This document shows positions 41,412-52,014 of a stretch of DNA of 64,000 nucleotides, piece after piece. The stretch is from Spirochaetia bacterium (GTDB taxonomy: Bacteria > Spirochaetota > Spirochaetia > WTKD01 > G963693115). Location: assembly GCA_965226055.1 (NCBI GenBank), contig CBDDCA010000006.1, forward strand, positions 128,001-192,000, given 5' to 3'. The translations under genes were made by a program, and so were the position numbers. Position 1 is the first letter of the stretch. Each line of letters opens with the position of its first letter. Below the pieces are notes generated by a model. It searched no databases. It had not been told where the DNA came from and was given only the letters and a program-made list of their open reading frames with translations.

Positions 41412-41545
41412 ATTATGATACCTCTTAGTATTACTTACTATACTATTAGTATACCATAATTCAAGGTTTCTTAAATATGTTTTCCAAAATACATCGTACT
41501 AGGAAACCATAGTATGCAAAATACTGTATAATAATTACATACATA

Positions 41546-43039
41546 ATGCTACATACAGAAGAAGCTATACAAGAAATATCCGTGTCACAGCTTACTGGCA
41601 GTAAGTACTTTACACAAAGTCAGGCGTGGGCAAAATTAAAATCCAGCACTGGATGGATGACACATGCATTTAAGCAGACAATACATCCGACCATTGATGA
41701 AAAATATCTTATTTTTATAAAACAAATTCCATATCTAGGATATTTAGCATATATCCCAGACGGACTTCTTTCTTCTTTAGAACACTTTAGTGAAACAACT
41801 CCTATTACGCAAAAACAAGATTCTTTGGACAATGTTCTTGACAATAAAGCAAAAATCAAAATACTGCAAAAACACATCACTCAAGCACTTGAAATACTCT
41901 CTCATACCCATATATTTTTACAAACAACATACGAATATAAGCTCATAAGTGTACGATGGGATGTTCCACCAATACTAGAAATAAATCGTACCTTAGCATC
42001 AATATATAAACCAGAAAAATTTTTTAGGAAAATAAAAGAAAAATTTCACACCATATACACAAAATCGTCTAAACAAGTACAGTACAGCATAGATTTACAA
42101 AATACTACCCAAGCTCCAGCAACTGTATTTATTCATCTTAATAAGAGAGATGAATACAATATCATCCAAAAGAAAACAAACAGTGATCTTTTACTTCAAT
42201 GTAAGAAAAAAACTCGTTATAACATTCGCTTAGCAGAAAAAAACAATATCGAAATTAGAACAGATGTTTCTCTCAAAGATTTTCATGCTTTACTACTCGT
42301 TACTGCAAAGCGAAATCGCATTGCAGTTCATTCACTTGACTATTTTCATGCACTCCAGCAAGCAGTACAAAAAGAAAAAACAATGGAGCTGATAGTATAT
42401 GGAGCATACTTTCATTCACAGCTTATAGCAGCTATTGTAGTCTTGTATCAGTATAATGATCTAACAAAAAAGTTACATTCAGAAAGACATTTTAAGCACT
42501 GTGTAAAAGATTATACTACTCAAAAAAACAAAGAAGAACCCGAAGACCTAGCAGAGGATGATGAAAGCAATATACACACTTCAACTCGTACTATGTATCA
42601 AGATGTATCTCTCCATGACATAGACAATATAGAACCTAGCATTCAAGAGCAGAATACACACAGTGATAAACATACAGGAAAAGTAACATACTTGTATGGA
42701 GCGTCAAGTAATCAGCACAGAGAACTTATGTCTACATATCTTTTACAATGGCATGCTATAGTTGATGCAAAACTGAAAAAATGTGATTACTATGATTTAT
42801 ACGGAATATCACGTGGAAAAAATACCCTCAAAAAATCTAGCAACAGACTGCAGGGGCTTTACAAATTTAAAACAGGTTTCACAAAAAATGTATGGATACG
42901 ACCATTTGCGGTGGATATATATGAAAAAAATCTCTCTTCTGCAGTACGTAAAAATATATTCAATACCTTGAACAAACTAAGGTTATGGTATTATCATAAC
43001 TTTAAGAAAAAATCCATCACACACAACAACAGTAGCTAG
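41546..43039 (+). CDS. FemABX-family lipid II aminoacyl (peptidyl) transferase with an acidic insertion
   Basis: FTQSQAWAKLK, KKKTRYNIRLAEK, TYLYGASSNQHR, YLLQWHAI, YDLYGI, GLYKFKTGF. Confidence 0.88.
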   Translation: MLHTEEAIQEISVSQLTGSKYFTQSQAWAKLKSSTGWMTHAFKQTIHPTIDEKYLIFIKQIPYLGYLAYIPDGLLSSLEHFSETTPITQKQDSLDNVLDNKAKIKILQKHITQALEILSHTHIFLQTTYEYKLISVRWDVPPILEINRTLASIYKPEKFFRKIKEKFHTIYTKSSKQVQYSIDLQNTTQAPATVFIHLNKRDEYNIIQKKTNSDLLLQCKKKTRYNIRLAEKNNIEIRTDVSLKDFHALLLVTAKRNRIAVHSLDYFHALQQAVQKEKTMELIVYGAYFHSQLIAAIVVLYQYNDLTKKLHSERHFKHCVKDYTTQKNKEEPEDLAEDDESNIHTSTRTMYQDVSLHDIDNIEPSIQEQNTHSDKHTGKVTYLYGASSNQHRELMSTYLLQWHAIVDAKLKKCDYYDLYGISRGKNTLKKSSNRLQGLYKFKTGFTKNVWIRPFAVDIYEKNLSSAVRKNIFNTLNKLRLWYYHNFKKKSITHNNSS

Positions 43040-43053
43040 TCTACAATAGCAAC

Positions 43054-43551
43054 ATGGTTACTATTTTTATAGACGCAGATGCCTGTAAAAAACATATACG
43101 AGAATATCTTATCAAATTTATCTTAAGGAAACATAATAGCTTTATTCAACTTATGATAGTATCAAATAAAGTAATTCCTAACATACCTAAACAGACAAAT
43201 ATTCACTCTATACAAGTCTCTCAAACACCAGAAGCTACTGATACATATATCCTATCATGTGCGAAAAAAGGAGACTTAGCCATAACACGAGATATTTTGC
43301 TTGCACAAACACTCATAGAAAAAGAGGTAACAGTAATAAACGAGTTAGCCGAAATATATACGAAAGATACAATTATAGCAAGAAAACAACGTGCAACACA
43401 AAATGCTGAACATAGAACCTTCATACGAAAAGAAGAACAGCTACATTCAAAACATGCAACATTACCTCCATATGTAGAAAAAGAAAAACAAAAAAAGAAA
43501 GAGATTGCAAAATTTGCACACTACCTTAACACATGGAAACAATGCATGTAA
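43054..43551 (+). CDS. YaiI/YqxD (DUF188) family protein
   Basis: IFIDADAC, ATDTYI, GDLAITRDILLA. Confidence 0.85.
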   Translation: MVTIFIDADACKKHIREYLIKFILRKHNSFIQLMIVSNKVIPNIPKQTNIHSIQVSQTPEATDTYILSCAKKGDLAITRDILLAQTLIEKEVTVINELAEIYTKDTIIARKQRATQNAEHRTFIRKEEQLHSKHATLPPYVEKEKQKKKEIAKFAHYLNTWKQCM

Positions 43552-43609
43552 TGGTGCTTTTTATAAACACTTCCTCCTATAGAAAATGACACAATATTCC
43601 ATAAATCCC

Positions 43610-44407
43610 TTATAAATACTTCTGTAAGAAAGATACAGATATGAGCTTTCTTCCTAATAACTGAACCCATTGATGCAACAAAAAATGCACAAACTGTGAC
43701 AGCAACTGAGAATCAATGCAAGAAAACATTTCAATGGCACTGTTAGTTTCTCTGTGAGTTTCTAATGGTGGAGTCCTTAGTTGTGATACAGTTTGCAATA
43801 CAGAAACTAAAGAAGCAGAAAGAATACATTTTTCTTTATCAAAAAGAGGCACATTATTATGTAGCAAAGGAACAATTTTGCCACTATGATATAACAGCCA
43901 CCGTTGTGTATCATTACCATGCGGTTCAATAGCTATTGTCGAAACATCAGGTTGCCACCCATTATTAGAAAGACTTTGCCATAGAAAAAAAGCAAGACTT
44001 TCTTTCCAGTATGCATCATTCGAATCAATAAGATATAACAATACATCTACCAATAACTTAAACTGTGCACGATGATCTGCTCCCACCACATACCGCACTA
44101 GTTCTACACAAACACAAGCAGTATAATACAATAAAAGACTGTAACCAAGATACTCACCATTTCTATACACATCAATATCCTTAAAAGTGTAGGTATTGTT
44201 TTTCTTTTTTGTAACAAATACCTTCCCCATCGTAAATACAGAAAGAGTTCTTTTATGTAAATTACTGCTTTTACGAGCACCATACGCAGTAGCATACACC
44301 ATGCCATGTTCAGTATAAAACCCTAACTGCTGATGAATATCTGCTTTTTGTGCCATATATACAAGCACCCCTCTAAAAGAATGGTTATACTCTCCCATAC
44401 ATACCAT
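43610..44407 (-). CDS. recO: DNA repair protein RecO (divergent)
   Basis: N-terminal OB fold FYTEHGMVYATAYGARKS; central helical region; GWQPD. Confidence 0.65.
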   Translation of the reverse strand: MVCMGEYNHSFRGVLVYMAQKADIHQQLGFYTEHGMVYATAYGARKSSNLHKRTLSVFTMGKVFVTKKKNNTYTFKDIDVYRNGEYLGYSLLLYYTACVCVELVRYVVGADHRAQFKLLVDVLLYLIDSNDAYWKESLAFFLWQSLSNNGWQPDVSTIAIEPHGNDTQRWLLYHSGKIVPLLHNNVPLFDKEKCILSASLVSVLQTVSQLRTPPLETHRETNSAIEMFSCIDSQLLSQFVHFLLHQWVQLLGRKLISVSFLQKYL

Positions 44408-44429
44408 GATATGATATACTTATGTATAT

Positions 44430-44864
44430 ATGCAAGAAATAACATCACTTATTCCTCATCGACATCCATTTCTCTTTGTTGATGAAATTTCAGAATATAA
44501 CCAAGACAAAATTATTGGTTTTAAGACATTTACTGATGATGAATTTTTTTTCCAAGGACATTTTCCTCAATACCCTATTGTACCGGGAGTACTTCTTGTA
44601 GAAGCAATGGCTCAATGTGGAGGAGCAGGAGTCAAAGCATTACAAGAAAATTCTGAAGATACATTATTTTTTCTCGCCACAGTACAATCAGCAAAGTTTC
44701 GTTCACCAGTATTACCAAACAATAAAGTGCGTTTTGAAATAGAAAATATCAAAATAGGAAAAAAAATCATTAGCCAAAAAGGAAAAATTTTTATCGATAG
44801 CAGTAATACTATTGCAGCCGAAGCACAATGGATGTGCATTGTAAGCAATAAAGACAATCTTTAG
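44430..44864 (+). CDS. fabZ: 3-hydroxyacyl-ACP dehydratase
   Basis: IPHRHPFLFVD, FFQGHFPQYPIVPGVLLVEAMAQ. Confidence 0.95.
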   Translation: MQEITSLIPHRHPFLFVDEISEYNQDKIIGFKTFTDDEFFFQGHFPQYPIVPGVLLVEAMAQCGGAGVKALQENSEDTLFFLATVQSAKFRSPVLPNNKVRFEIENIKIGKKIISQKGKIFIDSSNTIAAEAQWMCIVSNKDNL

Positions 44865-44874
44865 GAGTATCCTT

Positions 44875-46803
44875 ATGTATAGCTCAATTCCACAACGAAT
44901 AAAGACAATAAGCGATGAGTTTCCGTACAATACCATATGCTACACAAAAAATACCGACAACAACTACGAAGAAGTGTCTTATTCTCATTTTATGAGTGAT
45001 GTATACCGAACTGCATACTTTTTAAGTAAACAATGTAAAGTAACAAAAGGTACTCGTGTAGGAATAATAAGCGAAAATAGAAAAGAATGGCTTGAATGTG
45101 ATATTGCCATTTTATCATTACGTGCCATTGATGTCCCTCGTGGCACTGATACGAGTATTGCTGATATTTCATTTATACTTGAACATACCGAAGTAAAAGG
45201 AGTTATTTTTGAAAAGTACAGCTCATACCAAGCATTACTCAAATACAATGCTCCCCTTTGTAAAACATTTTCTTTTGTTATTTTTCTTGACACTCCTCCT
45301 CAAAAATTCTATAGGCAGATTAACGCAGTAAAAACAACAACAAGCATAACAAAAGATAACTGCTCTTTTTATACCTACCAAGACATAGAAAAAATAAAAC
45401 TAAGCGTAAAAGAAAGTGATAGTATAGAAAAAAAAATAGCATCAGTTGAATTAGATGATACTGCCACCATCATCTATACATCAGGAACAACACAAAACCC
45501 AAAAGGAGTATGCCTTAGTCATCGCAATTTTTTATTTCAAATCGATAGAATTTGTCCAAAAGTACTTTCAATAGAATTTACCACACGACTCCTCACAATA
45601 TTACCAATTTGGCATGTGTTTGAAAGAGCCGTAAACTACATCATCACGTGTAGAGGAGGAGCACTTGCATACTCTAAACCAATAGGAACAATTTTATTAG
45701 AAGATATCAAAAAAATAAACCCTACTCACCTTACCTCTGTTCCTAGAATATGGGAAAGCATTTATAATTCAATACAAAAAAAAGTAAAAAATAGCTCTTT
45801 TATCAAGAGAGCTATTTTTTCTCTTGCTTCCATTATTGGACACGCATTCAATTATGCTCAACACTTAAAAAATAATACTATTCCAACATTTAAGCAACGA
45901 TCCTTCTTTCTTGACACTTTCATAGGAACTCCACTCTTCTTATTACTATATCTCCCTCATGCACTCTTTGATCTGCTTGCTTTCAAGAAGATTCGCACTC
46001 TATTAGGAAAGCATTTTGTAGCTGGAATATCAGGAGGAGGAACACTTGCTCCTAAAATAGATCATTTTTTTCAAGCTGCAGGCATAAAAGTACTCAATGG
46101 ATACGGACTTACAGAAACCTCTCCTGTCATTGCAGTACGCAATGAGTATACACCCGAAATGTCTGGTGTAGGAAAATTTCTACAAGATATTCTCTATAAA
46201 GTAGTAGATAGCAATGGCAACATTGTGCCAGTAGGAGAAAAAGGCACTCTCTACATTAAAAGCGAACAAGTAATGCAAGGATATTATAAAAATAAACAGG
46301 CAAGTTCCGAAGTACTCAGTGACGATAGATGGTTTAACACTGGAGATTTAGTTCGTGTTTCAGAAGAAGGAGACCTTGATATTATAGGACGAATGAAAGA
46401 CACCATCGTATTAGCAAATGGAAAAAACATCGAGCCAGAACACATAGAAAATCTTTTATGTCAATCTCACTATATCGATTCAGCTATGGTAATTGGACAA
46501 GATCAAAAAACGCTATCTGCCCTTATCGCTCCAAACCATCACCATATACTTGAATATGCAAAAAGCATACAAAAATCAGAACTAACGGTAAAACAATTAT
46601 GTAATGAACAAGCAATTACCCATCTTATTCGTAAAGAATTACATAATCAATCTACACATCTCTCACAATTTGAAAAAATTGGAGATTTTATTTTAATTTC
46701 AACCCCTTTTGAAATAGGAAAAGAATTAACTCAAACGCTAAAACTAAAACGATTCTATATTCAAAATATATATAAAAAAGAAATTGCTTCTATAACGAAA
46801 TAG
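44875..46803 (+). CDS. Long-chain fatty acid-CoA ligase (AMP-binding)
   Basis: IIYTSGTTQNPKGV, GYGLTETSP, WFNTGDL, GRMKDTIVLANGKNIEP. Confidence 0.92.
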   Translation: MYSSIPQRIKTISDEFPYNTICYTKNTDNNYEEVSYSHFMSDVYRTAYFLSKQCKVTKGTRVGIISENRKEWLECDIAILSLRAIDVPRGTDTSIADISFILEHTEVKGVIFEKYSSYQALLKYNAPLCKTFSFVIFLDTPPQKFYRQINAVKTTTSITKDNCSFYTYQDIEKIKLSVKESDSIEKKIASVELDDTATIIYTSGTTQNPKGVCLSHRNFLFQIDRICPKVLSIEFTTRLLTILPIWHVFERAVNYIITCRGGALAYSKPIGTILLEDIKKINPTHLTSVPRIWESIYNSIQKKVKNSSFIKRAIFSLASIIGHAFNYAQHLKNNTIPTFKQRSFFLDTFIGTPLFLLLYLPHALFDLLAFKKIRTLLGKHFVAGISGGGTLAPKIDHFFQAAGIKVLNGYGLTETSPVIAVRNEYTPEMSGVGKFLQDILYKVVDSNGNIVPVGEKGTLYIKSEQVMQGYYKNKQASSEVLSDDRWFNTGDLVRVSEEGDLDIIGRMKDTIVLANGKNIEPEHIENLLCQSHYIDSAMVIGQDQKTLSALIAPNHHHILEYAKSIQKSELTVKQLCNEQAITHLIRKELHNQSTHLSQFEKIGDFILISTPFEIGKELTQTLKLKRFYIQNIYKKEIASITK

Positions 46804-46843
46804 CCCCAGCACCATAGTAGATACAATCATATACTCGTGCTTT

Positions 46844-47839
46844 CTAGCTTCCTTTTCCATACACTACATACGCATCATCAAAACCATTTTTTCTCCAACG
46901 TAGCAACTCAACTCCTACTTCCGATGAAGAAAAAGGACCAACAAGTACTCTATAGTATTTTGAATGAACTGCTTTATACACTTGTAATCTTTCTCTCATA
47001 TTTGCCGCAGCAATGATTTGATTGTTTACAAATATATCCGTTGAAGGTAATTTATTATAGCTGATAATTTGAATGTACATTCCTGTACTCAATACAGAGA
47101 TAAGGCTCATTTCTCCTTTTATCTCCCTGTTAACATCAGTAGGCTGAGAAGCAATATATGTTTGAGAAGGATTTTCTACGATAACATCTTTTTTCGGACT
47201 TTCTCCTTCAAACTCACTCGGTTGCACAGACACAATATCTCCATAAGGAGCCTCACTTACCACTCCACTAGGAGTATCAAGAGGGACATATTGAGGAGTA
47301 ATTTTTTCAACTAAAAAAGTATTCTCTGGTTCTGTTACAGGAACATTTGGTTTTTCATATGTATATATTGCACTAGGATCACTTTCCAATATACCAGCAT
47401 CCTTTGGAACATCCATATCCTCTGCATTTTCTGGCATCACAGAAAATGTTGCTCTATCAGGACTATCAGAAGGATACTGAGCTGGTGCTACATCCTGACC
47501 ATCATTGCGAGAAAGTGTATGTGCATCAGGAGGAGATACAATACCTATAGGCTCCTTGTCTAATAGAAACTCATCTACTTTTGGACTCATAGGAGGAATA
47601 TCAATATCAGAACTAGGAGGAGTAGCATGTAGATCTAAACTTGGTATAGGATCATTAGTCTGCCCTTCTGGTATATAAATATACTCATCTTGAGGAATAA
47701 TATCTGGTAAAGAACGCTGACCAGGAGTAAGCTGAAAATTTGACTTTACATTTGTTTGTGATGAAATAGGAACAACAACCATCATAAAAAATAAGAGATA
47801 ACAGAATAAAAAATAGCTATTATTATTTTTTGCACTCAT
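46844..47839 (-). CDS. Exported Pro/acidic-rich protein with C-terminal SPOR-like domain
   Basis: Signal peptide, disordered P/D/E-rich middle, YIQIISY...YRVLVGPF...GFDDAYVV. Confidence 0.75.
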   Translation of the reverse strand: MSAKNNNSYFLFCYLLFFMMVVVPISSQTNVKSNFQLTPGQRSLPDIIPQDEYIYIPEGQTNDPIPSLDLHATPPSSDIDIPPMSPKVDEFLLDKEPIGIVSPPDAHTLSRNDGQDVAPAQYPSDSPDRATFSVMPENAEDMDVPKDAGILESDPSAIYTYEKPNVPVTEPENTFLVEKITPQYVPLDTPSGVVSEAPYGDIVSVQPSEFEGESPKKDVIVENPSQTYIASQPTDVNREIKGEMSLISVLSTGMYIQIISYNKLPSTDIFVNNQIIAAANMRERLQVYKAVHSKYYRVLVGPFSSSEVGVELLRWRKNGFDDAYVVYGKGS

Positions 47840-48008
47840 CTTCTATTACAATCGACATAATTATAGAGTAATTAAAGTCTAATTTTTTTAATATCAATAT
47901 AACATATTATACACTATTAAAGAGTAAAGGAAAAACAATACATAAAACACTATAATAAGAAAAGATAATTGATAAATTACATAATCAGAAAATTACACAA
48001 ACTACAAC

Positions 48009-49541
48009 ATGAAACATCATTACTACTTTATTGGAAATACCCCAAGCACTCATTCTCTTATCACAGCATTACTATCAAAAAATAATGATACTAAACATGT
48101 ACCTATCCATATTCTTAGTACAGTACATAATGATAATCAAAACAATACCAATCATAGCATCCATAATAAACAACAATGCTCTATAATAACAGCCCCTTTT
48201 ACTACACAAACATTACAACAATCCATTGATACAGTAAACAAAGAGTATACTCATACCACACAAATACATATTATTATTACATGCTCTTCTCTTTCCTTAA
48301 AAGAATTACAATATATCTACTCCTTATCGTTAAAGTACACCCATTGTGTAGTCTCTATGTTACCTCACATGTTTTCAAAAATAGAACATATCACCTTTGC
48401 ACACCTCAAAAAACTTTCTTTAGAAGATACATTATTCAATGCCTCTCCAATACAATTAGATCCCATACATCTTTCCTATTTTAATACAAAACGAGTACTT
48501 ATCACAGGAGCAGGAGGAACCTTTGGATCAGAAATAGCCATTCAATTACTCCATACAGATATATCAGAACTATACCTATTAGGACATGGAGAATATTCCG
48601 TTTATAAAACATATAGAAAATTAACCCACCTTCAATCTCTTGGAATTGGCACACATATACAATGCATCCCCCTATTATGTGAACTACAAGACAAAGATAT
48701 GATTGAACATACTATGAATACAATACAACCACATATTGTATTCCACACGGCAGCCCATAAACATGTAGATCTCATTGAACAGAATCCTATCATTGGTATT
48801 AGCTCTAATATTTTTGTAACTCAATTTACTATAAATGCTGCAAAAAAAGCAGGAGTAGCATACTTTGTATACATTTCCACCGATAAATCAGTTGATCCTG
48901 CCTCTGTATATGGTGCAAGCAAGCTCGTTGGAGAAGAGATAGTATATACTTCATATACTCCCCAAGATCATTCCCCTATGCATACAGTCGTTGTTCGTTC
49001 AGGTAACATACTAGGATCAAGAGGAAGTATCTTACCTCTCTTTCATCAGCAAATAAAAGACAATAGTCCAATAACGGTAACCTCTAAAGCGTGTAAACGA
49101 TTTTTTATCCACTGTAATGAACTCATAAGTACATTACTCCACTATATTCAACAATACCATACACACAAAAAAGCAATCATTGCTATATATAAAGATCCTG
49201 AAACTTCAATATATGATGTAGCAACAAGTATACATAGCATATACAATGCTATACTCCCCAACCAGCCAGCAATAAAGATAATAGGATTACGCAAAGGAGA
49301 AAAGATCACCGAAACATTTACATTTCCTCAAGAAACAAGCCTTGCTTTAGAACTCCCTAATACATATACTATAACAAGAGACAATACTTTTTCTCCTATC
49401 AATAATATCGCAACATTATGCAACACACTCTATAGCATATGCTACAAGGACCCAACACAGGCTACCTTATATTACGATCATACAAAAGCCATCTCATTAC
49501 TAAAAAAACATATACCATCATTTTGCCCTTATTCCTATTAG
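48009..49541 (+). CDS. Polysaccharide biosynthesis protein (CapD/FlaA1-like nucleotide-sugar dehydratase)
   Basis: VLITGAGGTFGSE, FHTAAHKHV, ISTDKSV.P.SVYGASK, GNILGSRGSILPLF, GLRKGEK. Confidence 0.85.
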   Translation: MKHHYYFIGNTPSTHSLITALLSKNNDTKHVPIHILSTVHNDNQNNTNHSIHNKQQCSIITAPFTTQTLQQSIDTVNKEYTHTTQIHIIITCSSLSLKELQYIYSLSLKYTHCVVSMLPHMFSKIEHITFAHLKKLSLEDTLFNASPIQLDPIHLSYFNTKRVLITGAGGTFGSEIAIQLLHTDISELYLLGHGEYSVYKTYRKLTHLQSLGIGTHIQCIPLLCELQDKDMIEHTMNTIQPHIVFHTAAHKHVDLIEQNPIIGISSNIFVTQFTINAAKKAGVAYFVYISTDKSVDPASVYGASKLVGEEIVYTSYTPQDHSPMHTVVVRSGNILGSRGSILPLFHQQIKDNSPITVTSKACKRFFIHCNELISTLLHYIQQYHTHKKAIIAIYKDPETSIYDVATSIHSIYNAILPNQPAIKIIGLRKGEKITETFTFPQETSLALELPNTYTITRDNTFSPINNIATLCNTLYSICYKDPTQATLYYDHTKAISLLKKHIPSFCPYSY

Positions 49542-49560
49542 AACAAATACCCTATTATTA

Positions 49561-50229
49561 TTACTCTCCATCAATATAGTACACCATATTTTTATCATAT
49601 ATATCTTCTTCATCATGGCTTACTAACAATGCAGGTATACCACTATCTTGTATATTTTTCCATACCCAATCACGCATAGTTTTTCGTAAAGAAGTATCAA
49701 GTTTAGCAAAAGGCTCATCCAATAACAAAAATTTAGGAGCAGAAAGCATTGTGCGTATAAGTGCTAGTCGCGACTGTTGTCCACCCGACAGAGTATGCGG
49801 GTACATACCAGCTACATACTGTTCAAGCTGTGCTTTTTCAAGCATATTGTGTACAAAACCTTTCCTTTCATGTTTTGGCAGTGGCTGAGACAAAGCAAAC
49901 AATAAGTTTTGGGCAACAGTCATATGAGGAAAAAGCAATCCTTCTTGTGATAGTAACCCTATTCTTCGTTCATGTATTGGCTTTACATCAATACGCTCAC
50001 CATCAATACGCACTTCACCACTTGTATCAAACACCGAAGTATCAATAATCCCTGTGATAAAATTGAGTAATGTACTTTTTCCTGAACCACTGCTTCCCAT
50101 GATAGTAAGCACTGAACCACCGTATAAATGATACTGCAAATTATGAACAAGCACTCTACGAATTTCATGCTTTTTGGGATATTTTACTATTTGCCTATGT
50201 ACAATATGTATATTGTTTAGCTCAACCAT
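49561..50229 (-). CDS. ABC transporter ATPase (YnjD-like)
   Basis: GSSGSGKST, LSGGQ, LLLDEPF. Confidence 0.88.
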   Translation of the reverse strand: MVELNNIHIVHRQIVKYPKKHEIRRVLVHNLQYHLYGGSVLTIMGSSGSGKSTLLNFITGIIDTSVFDTSGEVRIDGERIDVKPIHERRIGLLSQEGLLFPHMTVAQNLLFALSQPLPKHERKGFVHNMLEKAQLEQYVAGMYPHTLSGGQQSRLALIRTMLSAPKFLLLDEPFAKLDTSLRKTMRDWVWKNIQDSGIPALLVSHDEEDIYDKNMVYYIDGE

Positions 50230-50264
50230 ATTACTTTTTCATATATGCTATCATATCTCTATAC

Positions 50265-51989
50265 TTACAAAGATACCTTACGCATTCCTTTTTGTAAATG
50301 AGAGGTATAATGCCCTACTAATAAAATCGTTCCATTCAATACCATCAATAAAATCCCTAGTATACTAATTACTTGCCTGTTTGCCCCCGAATATAAAGCA
50401 ACAATCAACTGAGTAATAGTTTCCCATCTTCCTTCTCCAATAAACTGTGTAGTAACATATTCAGCAATACTCACTAACATACCAATAAGCATAGCATGAC
50501 TTATCGGAGTAATGATCATAGGCAACTTTATTCTAAAAAATGCAAGCCAATACTTTTTACCAAGGACACGTGCTTGTATCATATAATAATTATTATATGT
50601 CTTAAAAGTACCATATAATAAAAATACTATATAAGGAACAATACGCAAAGTATGTCCCCACAGTAACGCAAAGTAGCTTCCATTTATATTGATATACAGA
50701 AAAAAAATATGCATGCCAGTAATATACACAATAGTAGGCATAAGGAGCGGAAACATAATAAGCGTTAAAATAGGAAACTGAAAACGCCAACGAAGATAAT
50801 TCAACAATTCTAGAAGTATCACTGCAAAAATAGTAGACAATACAGTACTATAAAATGCTAAACATACAGTACTGACAACTGAGTTAAAAAAACGGAAAAA
50901 GAAAGAAAATTGTCTATCAATACCAAAAACATTGGGTATTATCAAAGGAAAATCCCACCGAATGATCCAACACCATAAAAACAGCAATGCAGTAGAAAAA
51001 ACAATAACACAAGAAAATACCATAAACGCAGATACAGACAAGTAGTTTGCCACTGTATCATGTACTACTACCTTACTTGCATTGACATAATTTTTGTGTA
51101 ACATAAAATGAAATACCTTAAACAGTGCATACCATATCACAAGACTTATAAAAGAAACAAAGCATAACCCTACGCAAAGAATGTTTGCAGTAATATATTT
51201 TTTTTGAGAATACTGAGACAACAACTCTTGAATAATCACTCCATATGAAGACGGATTTTTAGGACCAAGAATCATTGATATATCAACTGGCGCAAGAGCA
51301 TAAGAAACAGAAATAAGCGTTGGAACAAATAATTTAGGCAAAATCTGTGGAATGATAACAAACACCCAAGTACGCAACTTATTATGTCGTAACAGCTTTG
51401 ATTGCAGTACATGATGTTGTAAATTGTATTCTTGTAACACAGCAACTAAAATAAACAAAAGAAACGTAATCAATTTAATAATTACTACAATAGACATACT
51501 TATACCATAAGAATCGTATACCGTTGTAATAGATCCAACAACACTCTCTCCCTTGAAAAAAGCAAGTATCCTAAATATAATCCCAGAAGGCATAATTAAA
51601 AATGCAAACCCAGTAGCTAACGACACGTGAGGAATAGACAAAAAATACATAATCCACTGTATGAAAGCATTATTATAGTTACTACTCAGCAAGTACCCAA
51701 ACAAAAATATAAAGAACAAAGTAATAAGCACAATACACTGTGCTCGTATAAATGTTTTTATGAGCTGAAAAAAATATATAGGATCAAACAATACTTCAAA
51801 AAAAGACACTGTTTGTTCAGAAGCTGTCCATATTGGAGTAATACCCATTGAAGTAAGAAGAGAAAATACCATTCCTAACAAAAAAGGAAATATAAAAATA
51901 ATAACAAGAACAAAAAGTAATATAATACTCCTCAGTTTTTTATTATTCTCTACTTCCTTCTTCATGGGACGTAAAAACAAAAGTGCCAT
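50265..51989 (-). CDS. ABC transporter double permease (YnjC-like)
   Basis: About 12 TMs, SIPHVSLATGFAFLIMPSG, VDISMILGP, GEGRWET. Confidence 0.82.
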   Translation of the reverse strand: MALLFLRPMKKEVENNKKLRSIILLFVLVIIFIFPFLLGMVFSLLTSMGITPIWTASEQTVSFFEVLFDPIYFFQLIKTFIRAQCIVLITLFFIFLFGYLLSSNYNNAFIQWIMYFLSIPHVSLATGFAFLIMPSGIIFRILAFFKGESVVGSITTVYDSYGISMSIVVIIKLITFLLFILVAVLQEYNLQHHVLQSKLLRHNKLRTWVFVIIPQILPKLFVPTLISVSYALAPVDISMILGPKNPSSYGVIIQELLSQYSQKKYITANILCVGLCFVSFISLVIWYALFKVFHFMLHKNYVNASKVVVHDTVANYLSVSAFMVFSCVIVFSTALLFLWCWIIRWDFPLIIPNVFGIDRQFSFFFRFFNSVVSTVCLAFYSTVLSTIFAVILLELLNYLRWRFQFPILTLIMFPLLMPTIVYITGMHIFFLYININGSYFALLWGHTLRIVPYIVFLLYGTFKTYNNYYMIQARVLGKKYWLAFFRIKLPMIITPISHAMLIGMLVSIAEYVTTQFIGEGRWETITQLIVALYSGANRQVISILGILLMVLNGTILLVGHYTSHLQKGMRKVSL

Positions 51990-52014
51990 ACCTTATACTA
52001 TACAGTGTAATACA

